Source: an uncultured virus (IMG/VR IMGVR_UViG_3300045391_004154) (lineage: Duplodnaviria > Heunggongvirae > Uroviricota > Caudoviricetes). Taken from it: a DNA stretch of 64,000 bases. The stretch lies in the IMG/VR virus record IMGVR_UViG_3300045391_004154; one strand, given 5' to 3'. Position numbers and translations under genes: made by a program. Under the pieces are notes generated by a model. It was not told the origin of the DNA. It worked only from the letters and a program-made list of their open reading frames with translations, and did not search any database. This document shows positions 21,101 through 29,255 of the stretch, piece by piece; the stretch's first letter is position 1; every line of letters starts with the position of its first letter.

Positions 21101-22076
21101 TGAGAACCAGGTCCTCAGCAGTTATGGCCTGCAATTCATGACGTGGGTTGCGGACCTGCCGATGCAATACTTCAACGCATCGTCCGATATCTGCTCGCCG
21201 TACATCGCCACCGTGCAATGGGTCTTAGGCTCGGACGTTTTCCGGTTCGCCAGTGGCAAGCAGCTTACTAGCCTGGCCGATCTCAATGATACGCTCATCT
21301 ACTGCTTCCCGGGAACGAGCATCGCGGGCTCACCCACGGCACTCAACCCCGAGCCGCCCGCAACATTGACTCCGACCGCGACGACCGGCAGCAGCGTTAC
21401 ATTCAACCTCAACGCCAACACGCTCTACACGCACGCCATCGGTGCCTACATTTCCGGGCAGGTGTTCAACGTCAGCTCCAACCAGACGGCAACGCCGTGG
21501 AACATGACGATCACCGGCCACCCGTACAACGACGGCGATCAAATCTACTTTGGCGCCGGCAGCGGCGGCGGCCGGCCCTCACAACCGCTGTCCTATGGCC
21601 GGACGATCTACTACGTCAAGAAGGTGGATGCGAACAACATTCAAGTCTTCACCGATGCCGGCCTCACCAATCAGGTCCAGTTCACGACTTCCGGCAGCAT
21701 GGTAGTAGCCGCGGGCCTGGCGCAGATTACGTCCGTGGGCGCTGGTGTCGCAACGCAGGCGTATAACTCCATCGTCTGCAACATCATCTCGCCGTTCCTC
21801 AACACCACGCCGATCACGTCCGGCAATTGGACAATGTCGATGCCGCCAGCGGGGCCGAACAACTCCGGTCACGCCTTCGCCTTCCCACAGGGCTTCACGT
21901 CGAACGATCAGCAGTTGGAGCTCAAGGCCTCGTTGGCCATCGCTTCGCTGGTGCCTGGAAACTACGCCGCGGCCAAGACGGCCTGGGATGCCTACGCCGC
22001 GCAGTGTGCAAACGACAATTGCGTCACGTCCAACTTCACCTTCTTCGCCAATCACGTGGTTAAGTATCGGTCATGA
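18165..22076 (+). CDS. ~1300-aa putative depolymerase / polysaccharide-lyase-like protein with Tat-like leader
   Basis: ATG two bases after the previous stop; FGHPF...PVATQ...WPSGRLKHA resembles the N-terminal domain of PcRGLX/YetA-type lyases; function inferred. Confidence 0.55.
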   Translation: MTYAQRLKERFSRKRGTLQANLTRRAICLGIGISLLVAGVPDKAAAFFFAGGQSNAAPPPGGIITQIGQLNTTTINGPAAALTNEICRFGHPFPDDDVTGVPVGRIPRIYPQGSGTPVATQAVVPLQYWPSGRLKHAMFAHLVSSLPGNASQTSTGLDQGNNTTLVFDVATVAGSEDQTGIAVSVFNTYLSNSSNNMTGSFTDLGGTVWSASAFTAFSGATNVANYVLVPTYWGKFCGSPYVDCFKATMPFANGGTNHRSAIAVFWAFVYHNGSTITEVEWHCQIENGTLGTAHPTIGVGNGDIIYRSADWSIGGVARWFRTMETPNATLEVGLGSLAPTISGLTPSARWTSCSPVAWISSGAFTFDQTHLSRPICVGTTGQVMYTVGRATQSQINVTAGGTGFTTPPTINSGGSAVFRAIIDLASGAVVKIICTKFGTVGTPTFSGGGGTGLTMSVAANQSAVQFNAPQDAGAICTGQTGTGGSLSLNGKNCANDGSGTKGYPRASGVPRVFMWSPNNNTGCSITINGTRTNGSTTPGTYTGPAAGAFTDCEDWDVITSITRTGTSDTLCVGIGGVPSGSFGWAGYENQTNNPPSSPARGVTYGTYTSGNWNIMGGVIPRGAAPVEIIWQNQTPRHYTSYKNQYLLDSKVLLNYDLPQFAGSAGLTSAISSTTTTINTYGKSSNATLYPDSADYNKPAYLGEGSSGLNEWNYALQESKSGGNSGLGMDSVFDLYWLGGGGYAAWRGVMTACNRIFNIRTYIRDDNTGFAAAMSAYPKLGSGSWNTNPATTGAPCFWFDPGQASGPGFGATFAWVQLDTAHCNTSSRLSYVLTCNPEILDAMQLEATTRWMMISNGGDGYNRSAAGSTGGTNAPYQQRVTAWSGLKSMGMPVMHRPDDSVTSIFAALSVHKTMLDNYFHNGSVSNAGLTDLYVTGPDYNGVMPASKGNAHMWANALTGGAGSATGYQTGFNLLAMGNLYENQVLSSYGLQFMTWVADLPMQYFNASSDICSPYIATVQWVLGSDVFRFASGKQLTSLADLNDTLIYCFPGTSIAGSPTALNPEPPATLTPTATTGSSVTFNLNANTLYTHAIGAYISGQVFNVSSNQTATPWNMTITGHPYNDGDQIYFGAGSGGGRPSQPLSYGRTIYYVKKVDANNIQVFTDAGLTNQVQFTTSGSMVVAAGLAQITSVGAGVATQAYNSIVCNIISPFLNTTPITSGNWTMSMPPAGPNNSGHAFAFPQGFTSNDQQLELKASLAIASLVPGNYAAAKTAWDAYAAQCANDNCVTSNFTFFANHVVKYRS

Positions 22077-22603
22077 TGCTCGCCTGGGGACAGAAGGTCT
22101 CGGACCAGTTCGGCCGTCTCACCATCGCCGCCTGCAAGCGGCTCGGTATCGATGATCCGTCCTGGCTCATGGCCTGCATGGCCTTCGAAACCGGCCGCAC
22201 CTTCTCCCCCTGCATCCGCAATGCGGCCGGCTCGGGTGCGGTGGGTCTCATCCAGTTTATGCCCTCTACGGCCGGCGCCTTGGGCACGTCGGTGGAGGAG
22301 CTCGCCACGCTCAAGGCGGAGGACCAGCTGCTGTATGTGGAGCTGTATTTCAAGCCCTGGTCGCGCCGGCTGCATTCGCTGGGCGACGTATATGGCGCGA
22401 TCCTCTGGCCGGGAATGATCGGCAAGCTGGACACCACCGTGATTTTCGAGCAGGGGGATGAGGCCAGGCCCAAGCTCTACCTGCAGAATAAGGGCCTGGA
22501 CCTGAATCACGACGGCCACATCACCCGCGGCGAGATCATCGCGCGCGTTCAGAAGGAGCTGGCCGCGGGATTGACCGCGCCGAACGTGTTGGAGGTTGTA
22601 TGA
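22073..22603 (+). CDS. Endolysin (lytic transglycosylase / lysozyme-like, EF-hand-like C-terminus)
   Basis: AFETG..FSP...SGAVGLIQFMPSTA; DLNHDGHITRGE. Confidence 0.8.
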   Translation: MMLAWGQKVSDQFGRLTIAACKRLGIDDPSWLMACMAFETGRTFSPCIRNAAGSGAVGLIQFMPSTAGALGTSVEELATLKAEDQLLYVELYFKPWSRRLHSLGDVYGAILWPGMIGKLDTTVIFEQGDEARPKLYLQNKGLDLNHDGHITRGEIIARVQKELAAGLTAPNVLEVV

Positions 22604-22845
22604 ACGACGCAACGAAAAACAAGGTCATATGGCTGTTCGCTTGCTGCGTCTCCTTTGTTTTTGTTTTCATGACGACGGCCATTGTTGGCGGTTTTATCGC
22701 CGCCAGGATGCTCGGGCTTCCAGTTGATACCGATCGATTTTATAATACGATCGGGCCCGCCTTCTTCATGATACTGGGCGCCGTCCTCAATATGTTCCCC
22801 GGTAATTTGAAAAACAAGCAAGCTGATAAAGGACCCGAAGAATGA
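22600..22845 (+). CDS. Holin/antiholin candidate (2 TM)
   Basis: Two hydrophobic segments, charged C-terminus, follows the endolysin. Confidence 0.5.
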   Translation: MNDATKNKVIWLFACCVSFVFVFMTTAIVGGFIAARMLGLPVDTDRFYNTIGPAFFMILGAVLNMFPGNLKNKQADKGPEE

Positions 22846-23219
22846 ACCCTAGCCCAAATATCGTTGCCGTCTTTGCCGCAACTCGCGGAGTGTTGATTGC
22901 CGTTGGCGCAATCATGGTCTATATGAAGCTCGGCGATACGCATGCCTATGCCCTGGTGATGCAGGCCGCCGGCTCCATCATGGTTGCAGGTCCGATGGCC
23001 TGGGCCGTATTCGAGAAGCTCGTGACCCTCAAGAAGACGATTGCCGCGGCCGTGCAGGCCGGCATCAATCTCACCGCGAGTGGTTCAGCCTTGGCCGAGG
23101 ACGGTTCGGTGGTGGACAAGAATGACGGAAGCACACCGCCGAAGGCGGTGACGGTCAAGACGGCGCAGGAAATTGTGAAGGATTTTGCACCTTCACCTAA
23201 ATCAATCGCAAAGGAATAA
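22842..23219 (+). CDS. Holin candidate (2 TM)
   Basis: Two N-terminal hydrophobic helices; within the lysis cassette. Confidence 0.5.
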   Translation: MNPSPNIVAVFAATRGVLIAVGAIMVYMKLGDTHAYALVMQAAGSIMVAGPMAWAVFEKLVTLKKTIAAAVQAGINLTASGSALAEDGSVVDKNDGSTPPKAVTVKTAQEIVKDFAPSPKSIAKE

Positions 23220-23223
23220 CGAT

Positions 23224-23472
23224 TTGTGGTTTATAAGTCTCCTGCTGGGCATCGGGAGCTGGGGTTTGAAGCTCTGGCGCCTGCTGCGACCCAGCACCGA
23301 TCGGCAGCTGGGCCGCGCGGAAGTTGAGCGCGACAACGCGCAAGGAGGGCTTGATGAGGTTAGGAGGACTGCAAAGGCTGGCGATCATCAGCGCACTGCC
23401 GATGATGGTCGGCTGCTCGACCGGGAATCCAGCGCCGCCGATCGCCGGCCGTGGAAGCCCCACGCCGACTGA
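23224..23472 (+). CDS. Inner-membrane spanin candidate (Rz-like)
   Basis: AAGGA RBS then TTG at 23224; N-terminal TM followed by a charged helix. Confidence 0.5.
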   Translation: MWFISLLLGIGSWGLKLWRLLRPSTDRQLGRAEVERDNAQGGLDEVRRTAKAGDHQRTADDGRLLDRESSAADRRPWKPHAD

Positions 23473-23677
23473 GCCACTGGCCTGCAGTGAATTTCCACCC
23501 CTTCGGTTCCAGCCAGGAAAGCCGGAGGTAAGCGTTCAGGACGTGCTGGCGGCCCTGGCCGAGGCCTCGGACCCCCTCGGGTACGCCCGCGGAACTCTGG
23601 GTGATACCAGGAGCACCCGGCTCGCCCTGAGCGATTATACCGCGCGTCGTAAGGCTCTAGGCTGCGTGGACCCGTAG
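23354..23677 (+). CDS. Outer-membrane spanin lipoprotein candidate (Rz1-like)
   Basis: AAGGAGG RBS; lipobox-like MVGC; Pro-rich; overlaps the i-spanin in another frame. Confidence 0.55.
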   Translation: MRLGGLQRLAIISALPMMVGCSTGNPAPPIAGRGSPTPTEPLACSEFPPLRFQPGKPEVSVQDVLAALAEASDPLGYARGTLGDTRSTRLALSDYTARRKALGCVDP

Positions 23678-23851
23678 CAGGTGGGCCTCTACGCGCCGGA
23701 AGCGCCTTTCCAGGAGCTTTAAGCGCAGGAGGTCACGGGCCAGGTGCAGGAGGATAACCCCCAGCTGCCACCCGTCCCGAAGCGATTCGTAACCCGTTTT
23801 TAGAATAGCCATGGGCGGTATAACGCCCCTCCCCGGAAAGGGTTCCTGGAC

Positions 23852-24079
23852 GTGAGCGACAAAATATCCGATGAAGTTCGTATTGCTATTCTGGAGCACG
23901 AGATGCAGCAGCTCAAGGAACAGTACAATTTAGACATGGGCGAGATTAAAACCGACATAAAGACACTGCTCGGAAAATTCAATCAGATGACCGGCGGCCA
24001 GAAGGCCTGGTTTGGTTTGACAATGATTGTGGGCGGTTTCATCGGTGTCATCATTGGCCTGCTTTCCGCACATAGGTAA
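23852..24079 (+). CDS. Small coiled-coil plus C-terminal TM protein (XhlA-like lysis accessory)
   Basis: RIAILE heptads then GLTMIVGGFIGVIIGLL. Confidence 0.55.
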   Translation: MSDKISDEVRIAILEHEMQQLKEQYNLDMGEIKTDIKTLLGKFNQMTGGQKAWFGLTMIVGGFIGVIIGLLSAHR

Positions 24080-24092
24080 CGGCCACAGCGAC

Positions 24093-24204
24093 GGGCCGTC
24101 CGGTTTCATCATACTCCTGCGAACACCTTCTCTCCCCTCCGGGGTGAACAATGGTCGCGATGGAGCCGGACGGTCTTTCCCTGCGGCTGGATATTCCAGC
24201 GCAG
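24093..24204 (+). ncRNA. Candidate structured RNA (18-bp stem with G-U pairs plus second hairpin)
   Basis: 24093-24110 pairs with 24159-24176 using 4 G-U pairs and no mismatch; CTGC-G-GCTGGA-tat-TCCAGC-GCAG follows. Confidence 0.5.
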
Positions 24205-24221
24205 TAACCCGGAGGTAAGTA

Positions 24222-24614
24222 ATGAAGCACGCATTGAAGATGCTCGTGCTCGCCGGCAGCCTGGCCTTGAGCCTGGGTGCCTGCGCCGCACTGCAGAAGG
24301 CCAGTCCCGACGTTGCCAGCGACGCCATCAGAGCGACGCAGGTGGCGATCACCACCTATGCCGACGTCTATCAGCCGGCCGTCATCGCCTATGGCAACTT
24401 GCCGGTTTGCGATGGGTCCACACCCATTTGCCGCGACCAGGCGGTGCACGCCAAGATGAAGGCCCTGGACCTGGCAGCGAGCACCGCGATCGAGGCCGCC
24501 CGAAAGGTCATGGCCACGAACGTCGGTGACAGTGGCGAGCTCACCGCGGCCATCCAGGCCATCATGAACGCCGAAACCACGATCGCGCCGGCAATCGCGA
24601 TCATCAAGCGCTAG
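24222..24614 (+). CDS. Lipoprotein
   Basis: GGAGG RBS; MKHALKMLVLAGSLALSLGA|C lipobox. Confidence 0.7.
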   Translation: MKHALKMLVLAGSLALSLGACAALQKASPDVASDAIRATQVAITTYADVYQPAVIAYGNLPVCDGSTPICRDQAVHAKMKALDLAASTAIEAARKVMATNVGDSGELTAAIQAIMNAETTIAPAIAIIKR

Positions 24615-24623
24615 GAGGCGACC

Positions 24624-24821
24624 TTGAAAGCTCAAGATGTATTAGCCGTTGTTCTGCAGCTGCTGGCGCTATTCCCGACCGTGGAGCCGGCAATTGCCCG
24701 GGCCATCGCCGATTTCCAAAAGCTGTTCGCCGATGGCAACGAGCCGACGCAGGCCGATATTGACGCACTGCTGGATCGGGTGAAGGCGCAGAGCGCCGTG
24801 ATCCAGAGCCAGCCCGACTGA
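24624..24821 (+). CDS. Small hypothetical protein
   Basis: AGGAGG RBS, TTG start; last late gene. Confidence 0.6.
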   Translation: MKAQDVLAVVLQLLALFPTVEPAIARAIADFQKLFADGNEPTQADIDALLDRVKAQSAVIQSQPD

Positions 24822-24846
24822 TTATTGAACTTATCATTGCTGAAAC

Positions 24847-24886
24847 AAAAAGGCCCGCCGGGATTTCCCGAGCGGGCCTTTTCTTT
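24847..24886. terminator. Bidirectional rho-independent terminator between the convergent arms
   Basis: AAAAAGGCCCGC-CGGGA-tt-TCCCG-A-GCGGGCCTTTT with A and T tracts on both sides. Confidence 0.85.
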
Positions 24887-24969
24887 ACGCGCGCCGTCCT
24901 TCAACATTCACATGACACTCTCCCGTCCAGCGTTGGACCAGCTCTGAAAACATCACAGGTAGAGCAAGC

Positions 24970-25158
24970 CTACCACGGGACTCGAGCGCCCGCCATACCC
25001 CCTGGCTCCAGCACCGCCCGCAATTCTACCAGCTCCATCACCAGGCCGGTGAGCACGACCATGCTGGCGAAAAATACAATAACGTAGAGCAGGGGGTAGC
25101 AGAGCGGGCAGCGGGGTTTTTCGGGAGGCGGCTCGTAGCAGGTCATGTAGGTGGCCAT
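24970..25158 (-). CDS. Small membrane protein
   Basis: 62-aa ORF with TM segment, coupled to the upstream gene. Confidence 0.45.
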   Translation of the reverse strand: MATYMTCYEPPPEKPRCPLCYPLLYVIVFFASMVVLTGLVMELVELRAVLEPGGMAGARVPW

Positions 25159-25493
25159 TTATAATTCTCCGGCGCGCCCATGGCGTCAATGGGAAAGGGC
25201 TTTTCAAATTTGCGGTTGGGCATAATGAACTTCTCCACGTATTTTTCCAGGCCGATCTCGGCGATAAGCCTCCGGCAGTCGGGGCATGGGATAAAGCCGG
25301 AGCCGGTCCACGGGCCGGGTTTTGGCTGGCGCTGCGGCGTGCTGAGCATCATGCCGCAGAAGGCGGTACGGCAGCACTCGGGATAGCCGTAAAGAGTGCC
25401 GTGCTCGGTCCACTGCATCGCCAGAGCCAGCAGCCGGATTTCAGCCTCGGACATGTCCTCGACCGTGATGCTCTTTATGTAGTGCGTTTTCAC
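25143..25493 (-). CDS. Hypothetical Cys-rich protein
   Basis: YGYPECC...GFIPCPDC motif. Confidence 0.6.
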   Translation of the reverse strand: MKTHYIKSITVEDMSEAEIRLLALAMQWTEHGTLYGYPECCRTAFCGMMLSTPQRQPKPGPWTGSGFIPCPDCRRLIAEIGLEKYVEKFIMPNRKFEKPFPIDAMGAPENYKWPPT

Positions 25494-25984
25494 ATTATCC
25501 TCATGTGCGGGCTGAAAAAGTTGATGGCATCGCCGTCCAACTCACCTTCCAGAGCCTTGAGCTCTCCCGCCTGGCGCGGCTTGGCGTCGGGAATGTCGGC
25601 GGTGGCGACGTAGGTCTCACCGCTAATGGTGCGCGCGGAGATCACGAGCACGTCGCGCCGGTCCTCCGCATCCTGCGGTTTTACGGTGGGATCGGAGCTC
25701 ATCCACGCCTCGCTCACCATGACGTAACCCCACGCGCCGGTCTCGGCGATCAGCTGGCGGATGGTGGTATAGGCACAGGTCTTCTCGAACTCGTTTGTAA
25801 ATGGTGTAATCACCACGCGGAGCCGGTGCTCGGTCATGATGAAAAAGGTCGGATCAATCTGGCCATATCTGGCCAGCTGGGCCTGCGCCGCTTCCACGGC
25901 CGCCTCCACCAGCTCCATCAGTGCGGATTTGGGCTGCTCCACGATCAGGTCTCCTTCGCTCGCGGTGAATCTATCTGGTCTCAC
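25490..25984 (-). CDS. Hypothetical protein
   Basis: GTG start overlapping the upstream stop; SEAW...P..AEDRRDVL motif. Confidence 0.55.
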   Translation of the reverse strand: MRPDRFTASEGDLIVEQPKSALMELVEAAVEAAQAQLARYGQIDPTFFIMTEHRLRVVITPFTNEFEKTCAYTTIRQLIAETGAWGYVMVSEAWMSSDPTVKPQDAEDRRDVLVISARTISGETYVATADIPDAKPRQAGELKALEGELDGDAINFFSPHMRIM

Positions 25985-26169
25985 ATGGGCCTCCTCAAGT
26001 AGACCCGCCGGCCGAGCTCCTGGAGCTCGGGCCCGATGGGCTCGTTCGTTCGGGTTAGGACGTGGGCGACGCGCTCGGCCTGGGCCACGATTGGGCCGGC
26101 GTTGACGTGATAGCGCCAGCTGGTGAACAGGACCCCGACGCAGAAGCCGACGATGAGGCCGCCGATCAC
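25981..26169 (-). CDS. Small membrane protein
   Basis: N-terminal TM; 4-bp overlaps with neighbours. Confidence 0.45.
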   Translation of the reverse strand: MIGGLIVGFCVGVLFTSWRYHVNAGPIVAQAERVAHVLTRTNEPIGPELQELGRRVYLRRPM

Positions 26170-26624
26170 GACGCGTCCTCCGGAAAGGGATTGCCGGCCG
26201 CCTCATAGCGCAGGCAGGCGCGCGTCACCCAATCCACCTGGGCCTGGTTCAACGAGAGCTGATAGCCGCCCCAGTGGGAATGATCGATGGCGATAGGTCC
26301 AATGGAGCGCGCCGAGCGCCAGAGCTCGGCGCCGGTCTCGGTGAACTTGGGCCTGCGCTTCTCCTCCCTTGCCTGCTTCTTCTCAAAGGCCACGTCCTCG
26401 TGGTCGGCGCGGCACACGTACCAGTCCACCTCCCAGCGCTTCACGATCTTCGGCGTAAGCTCCAGGCGCTGGCGCTGGTTGAGGAAGTCGGCGACGGCCT
26501 CCGCCTCCTCCTGGGTGAAGCGAACTCCCTGCACCGCGGCTGCGGGGTCAACCATCCAGGCCTTACAAACCTCGTGCCCGCATGGGCACTTCATGGCCCG
26601 ATATATTGTGCGATATTCACTCAT
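26166..26624 (-). CDS. Hypothetical protein
   Basis: GGAG-rich RBS; CPCGH..C motif. Confidence 0.55.
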   Translation of the reverse strand: MSEYRTIYRAMKCPCGHEVCKAWMVDPAAAVQGVRFTQEEAEAVADFLNQRQRLELTPKIVKRWEVDWYVCRADHEDVAFEKKQAREEKRRPKFTETGAELWRSARSIGPIAIDHSHWGGYQLSLNQAQVDWVTRACLRYEAAGNPFPEDAS

Positions 26625-27240
26625 CTTCGCCCTCCTCTCCTTCATAATCGCTATTCATCTGGCCGTGCTTGGCGACGGCGCAGCGCGGCGGCCCGAGCTC
26701 GTCCAGCCACTTCCGGGTGGTGCGGACCGTGTAGCCACACTCGGGGCACTCGCACTTGATGAGCCGGGTACCCTGCTTCTTGCCCGGACCCTTGAGCTTG
26801 CTCAGCGAGCCGGCCGGGTAGTCGCCATTCTTCTTGATGAACTCCTTGGCGAAGGCGTTCATGATCTCACCATTGACGGTGGAGGTCATCTTGCCTGTCA
26901 GGCCGATCGCCAGGGCGATGCGTTTAAACGCTCCCTTGTGGCCGTTCTTGTTGCCGTCCACGGCGTGGCAGAGCTCGTGTGCCAGGGTGCCGATGATGTC
27001 GGTCGCATCCTTGCTGGAGGGCGAGACGAAAATCTCGCAGTGCTTGTCGGAGCTTGACTCCGGCGCCCAGCACTGGCCGGCGATCTTCTCGGCGCGGCCG
27101 TAACCGAAGCCAATGGACACCCGCGTGCTGGCCGGCACCTCAAAGCCGTGCTTCTCAAAGTGCTTGCGCATCGCCGCCAGGCAGTTTTCCAGCCAGGTCT
27201 GGCGGAGCATGCTGGGTGATTTTCTGACCAGGTTGTTCAT
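26617..27240 (-). CDS. SprT-like zinc metalloprotease
   Basis: GQCW, LAHELCH (HExxH), GHKGAFK..A..IGL, C-terminal CPECGY. Confidence 0.75.
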   Translation of the reverse strand: MNNLVRKSPSMLRQTWLENCLAAMRKHFEKHGFEVPASTRVSIGFGYGRAEKIAGQCWAPESSSDKHCEIFVSPSSKDATDIIGTLAHELCHAVDGNKNGHKGAFKRIALAIGLTGKMTSTVNGEIMNAFAKEFIKKNGDYPAGSLSKLKGPGKKQGTRLIKCECPECGYTVRTTRKWLDELGPPRCAVAKHGQMNSDYEGEEGEDE

Positions 27241-27473
27241 TTTATCCTCCTATTAATTTCAGCTACGCCACAATCACAGCTGCTAATACCATCGTCCTTA
27301 GCTTCTATCGCGCAAGTTCCTTTATGCGGAACCGTCTTTCCAGCCGCAGCGAAGTGGCGTGCCTGGTGACAGCTTTTACGCAGTCGTCTCCGACCAAAGC
27401 ATTTCCGTCCAGGAAGTGCTCCGCATAATGGGCACTCTACTTTCATGGCTTCATGTCTTTTCATATCAGCCAC
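27237..27473 (-). CDS. Zinc-finger protein (AT-rich codon usage)
   Basis: CPLCGA.PG.KC...H.AR. Confidence 0.55.
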   Translation of the reverse strand: MADMKRHEAMKVECPLCGALPGRKCFGRRRLRKSCHQARHFAAAGKTVPHKGTCAIEAKDDGISSCDCGVAEINRRIK

Positions 27474-29001
27474 TCACCATCATCAGTTCCAGCTTGGCGC
27501 GCGTGTAGCCGACATAAAGGAGGTTGTACTCCTGCTGCAGCTGCCATTCCTGCTTGGCCGACTTGGAGGGGCAGAGCTCCGGCTTGTAGATGGCGCAGCG
27601 CTCAAACTCCGAGCCCTTGAGCTTGTGCATGGTGGAGAGGCTGAGCACGTCGGCCTCGCCGGCCTCGCCGAACAGGCCCTCGATCTTGAGGCAGAGCGCC
27701 GGCACCGTCTTCTGGTTTTCCGGCAGGTGCTCGGCGACAATCTTCACGCAGTCCACGCGATCGCGGATGGCCTCGGCGCGAACCTCATTGCCCTCGGAGA
27801 TGGCCTTGGTCACCTCCCGCTCGCAATAGTTCGCCAGCTTGTCCAGCAGGTTCTGCAGGCCCTTGGCCTTCTGACGCTTGACGAGGTTCACCAGGTTGGC
27901 GCCGATCTCGCGGCCCAGCACCCGGCACCCCCTGCCCTGCGCCACGAGCGCAAAGGCCAGGTCAATCAGCGGCGCGGTATTGCGGCACATGATGGCGTCC
28001 TTGTTGGACAGGCGCGTGAGCGCGTCCTTCAGAGTGGTGTGCGTTACCGCACCCTCAACGGCATTCTCCGCGGCCTCGATCTGCGGGACCAGGGTCTGGG
28101 CGAGCTCCACCACCTTGCGGCAGCAGCGATAGCTGACGGACAGGGGGAACTCGGCGCAGTTGAAGGCCTCCTTGATAAGGTCCATGGCATCGTGGCTCGC
28201 GCCGGTAAAGCCATAGATGGCCTGATGGCGATCGCCAACGGCCATGAGACGGCCACCGGAGCGCAGGGCCTTGGTGGCGATCGCGCGACGAACCGGGTTG
28301 GTATCCTGGGCCTCATCGATAAAGACCCAATCGTTCTGCCAAAGCCGCAGCTTCCAGAGCAGGGGAATATAAAGATGGTCGTCGAAGTCCAGCATGCCGG
28401 TTTGGGCGAGCTCGTTGGAGCGGCGCAGCGCGGCGCGGGCAAACTGCACCGCGAGCTCCTCGCTTGCTTCCTCCGAGTCCAGAAACAGGTCATGATGCGC
28501 AATCAGGTCCAGCCAATCCTGCGTGCCGGCCGGCACGAGCGCGCCGAAGCCCTGACCCTTGGCGAGCCCCACGAGCTTGGCGCAGAAGGCACCATAGATG
28601 TCGTAATCGGCCTCGGAGAGTTGGGCCTGCAGTATCTTCTTGACCTTGCTGGAGTCCGTCTCCACCTGGTCGGGCTTCTTATTGAGCCGCTTGCAGATGG
28701 CGGAGAAGCCGACCGAATGGAAGGTCGTGACCCGCACGCGGGACATATCCCGGCCGGTTTCCTTGCCGAGCTTCTCAATGGCCTCGCGCATCTCCTTGGC
28801 AATGATGACGTTGAAGGCAAAAATATGGATGGATTTGGTCACCGGGATGCGGAGCACGCACTGTTTGATGGTGGTGGACTTGCCGGAGCCGGCCACCGCC
28901 TCCACGATCGCGGACCCGCGGCCCTGCTCCACAAAATGGAAGATGGCGGCCTGGTGGGAGGAGGGCGTGAAGGTAGAAGTATTCTTTAGGACTTGAAGCA
29001 T
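27466..29001 (-). CDS. UvrD/Rep-family SF1 helicase (early region)
   Basis: AVAGSGKS, IDEAQD, VGDRHQAIYGF.GA, SYRC, STMHKLKGSE, YVGYTRAK; ATG at 29001. Confidence 0.85.
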   Translation of the reverse strand: MLQVLKNTSTFTPSSHQAAIFHFVEQGRGSAIVEAVAGSGKSTTIKQCVLRIPVTKSIHIFAFNVIIAKEMREAIEKLGKETGRDMSRVRVTTFHSVGFSAICKRLNKKPDQVETDSSKVKKILQAQLSEADYDIYGAFCAKLVGLAKGQGFGALVPAGTQDWLDLIAHHDLFLDSEEASEELAVQFARAALRRSNELAQTGMLDFDDHLYIPLLWKLRLWQNDWVFIDEAQDTNPVRRAIATKALRSGGRLMAVGDRHQAIYGFTGASHDAMDLIKEAFNCAEFPLSVSYRCCRKVVELAQTLVPQIEAAENAVEGAVTHTTLKDALTRLSNKDAIMCRNTAPLIDLAFALVAQGRGCRVLGREIGANLVNLVKRQKAKGLQNLLDKLANYCEREVTKAISEGNEVRAEAIRDRVDCVKIVAEHLPENQKTVPALCLKIEGLFGEAGEADVLSLSTMHKLKGSEFERCAIYKPELCPSKSAKQEWQLQQEYNLLYVGYTRAKLELMMVSG

Positions 29002-29255
29002 TAGAGCTTCTCCTGCAGCTTGTTGCCGGTAATTTCCACAAGACCCAAACCGCCGGCCTCCCAAACGCGCCCGTTGTAGGAAATATGCGCGATCACCTTG
29101 CCCTCTCTAAGTACCACGCACATGCCAACATCGCGGCTGCCGAGGTCTCTATCTTCAATGAAGGCCAAGGTCTTTTTGGAGGCCTCCGCTAGGGTTTCCA
29201 CCTTGACCTTTTTGGTGGTCATGGCGCTGAAGTCTTCAAGATGAAGCGTAGCCAT
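29001..29255 (-). CDS. Hypothetical protein
   Basis: IAHISYNGRVW motif; ATG at 29255. Confidence 0.6.
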   Translation of the reverse strand: MATLHLEDFSAMTTKKVKVETLAEASKKTLAFIEDRDLGSRDVGMCVVLREGKVIAHISYNGRVWEAGGLGLVEITGNKLQEKL

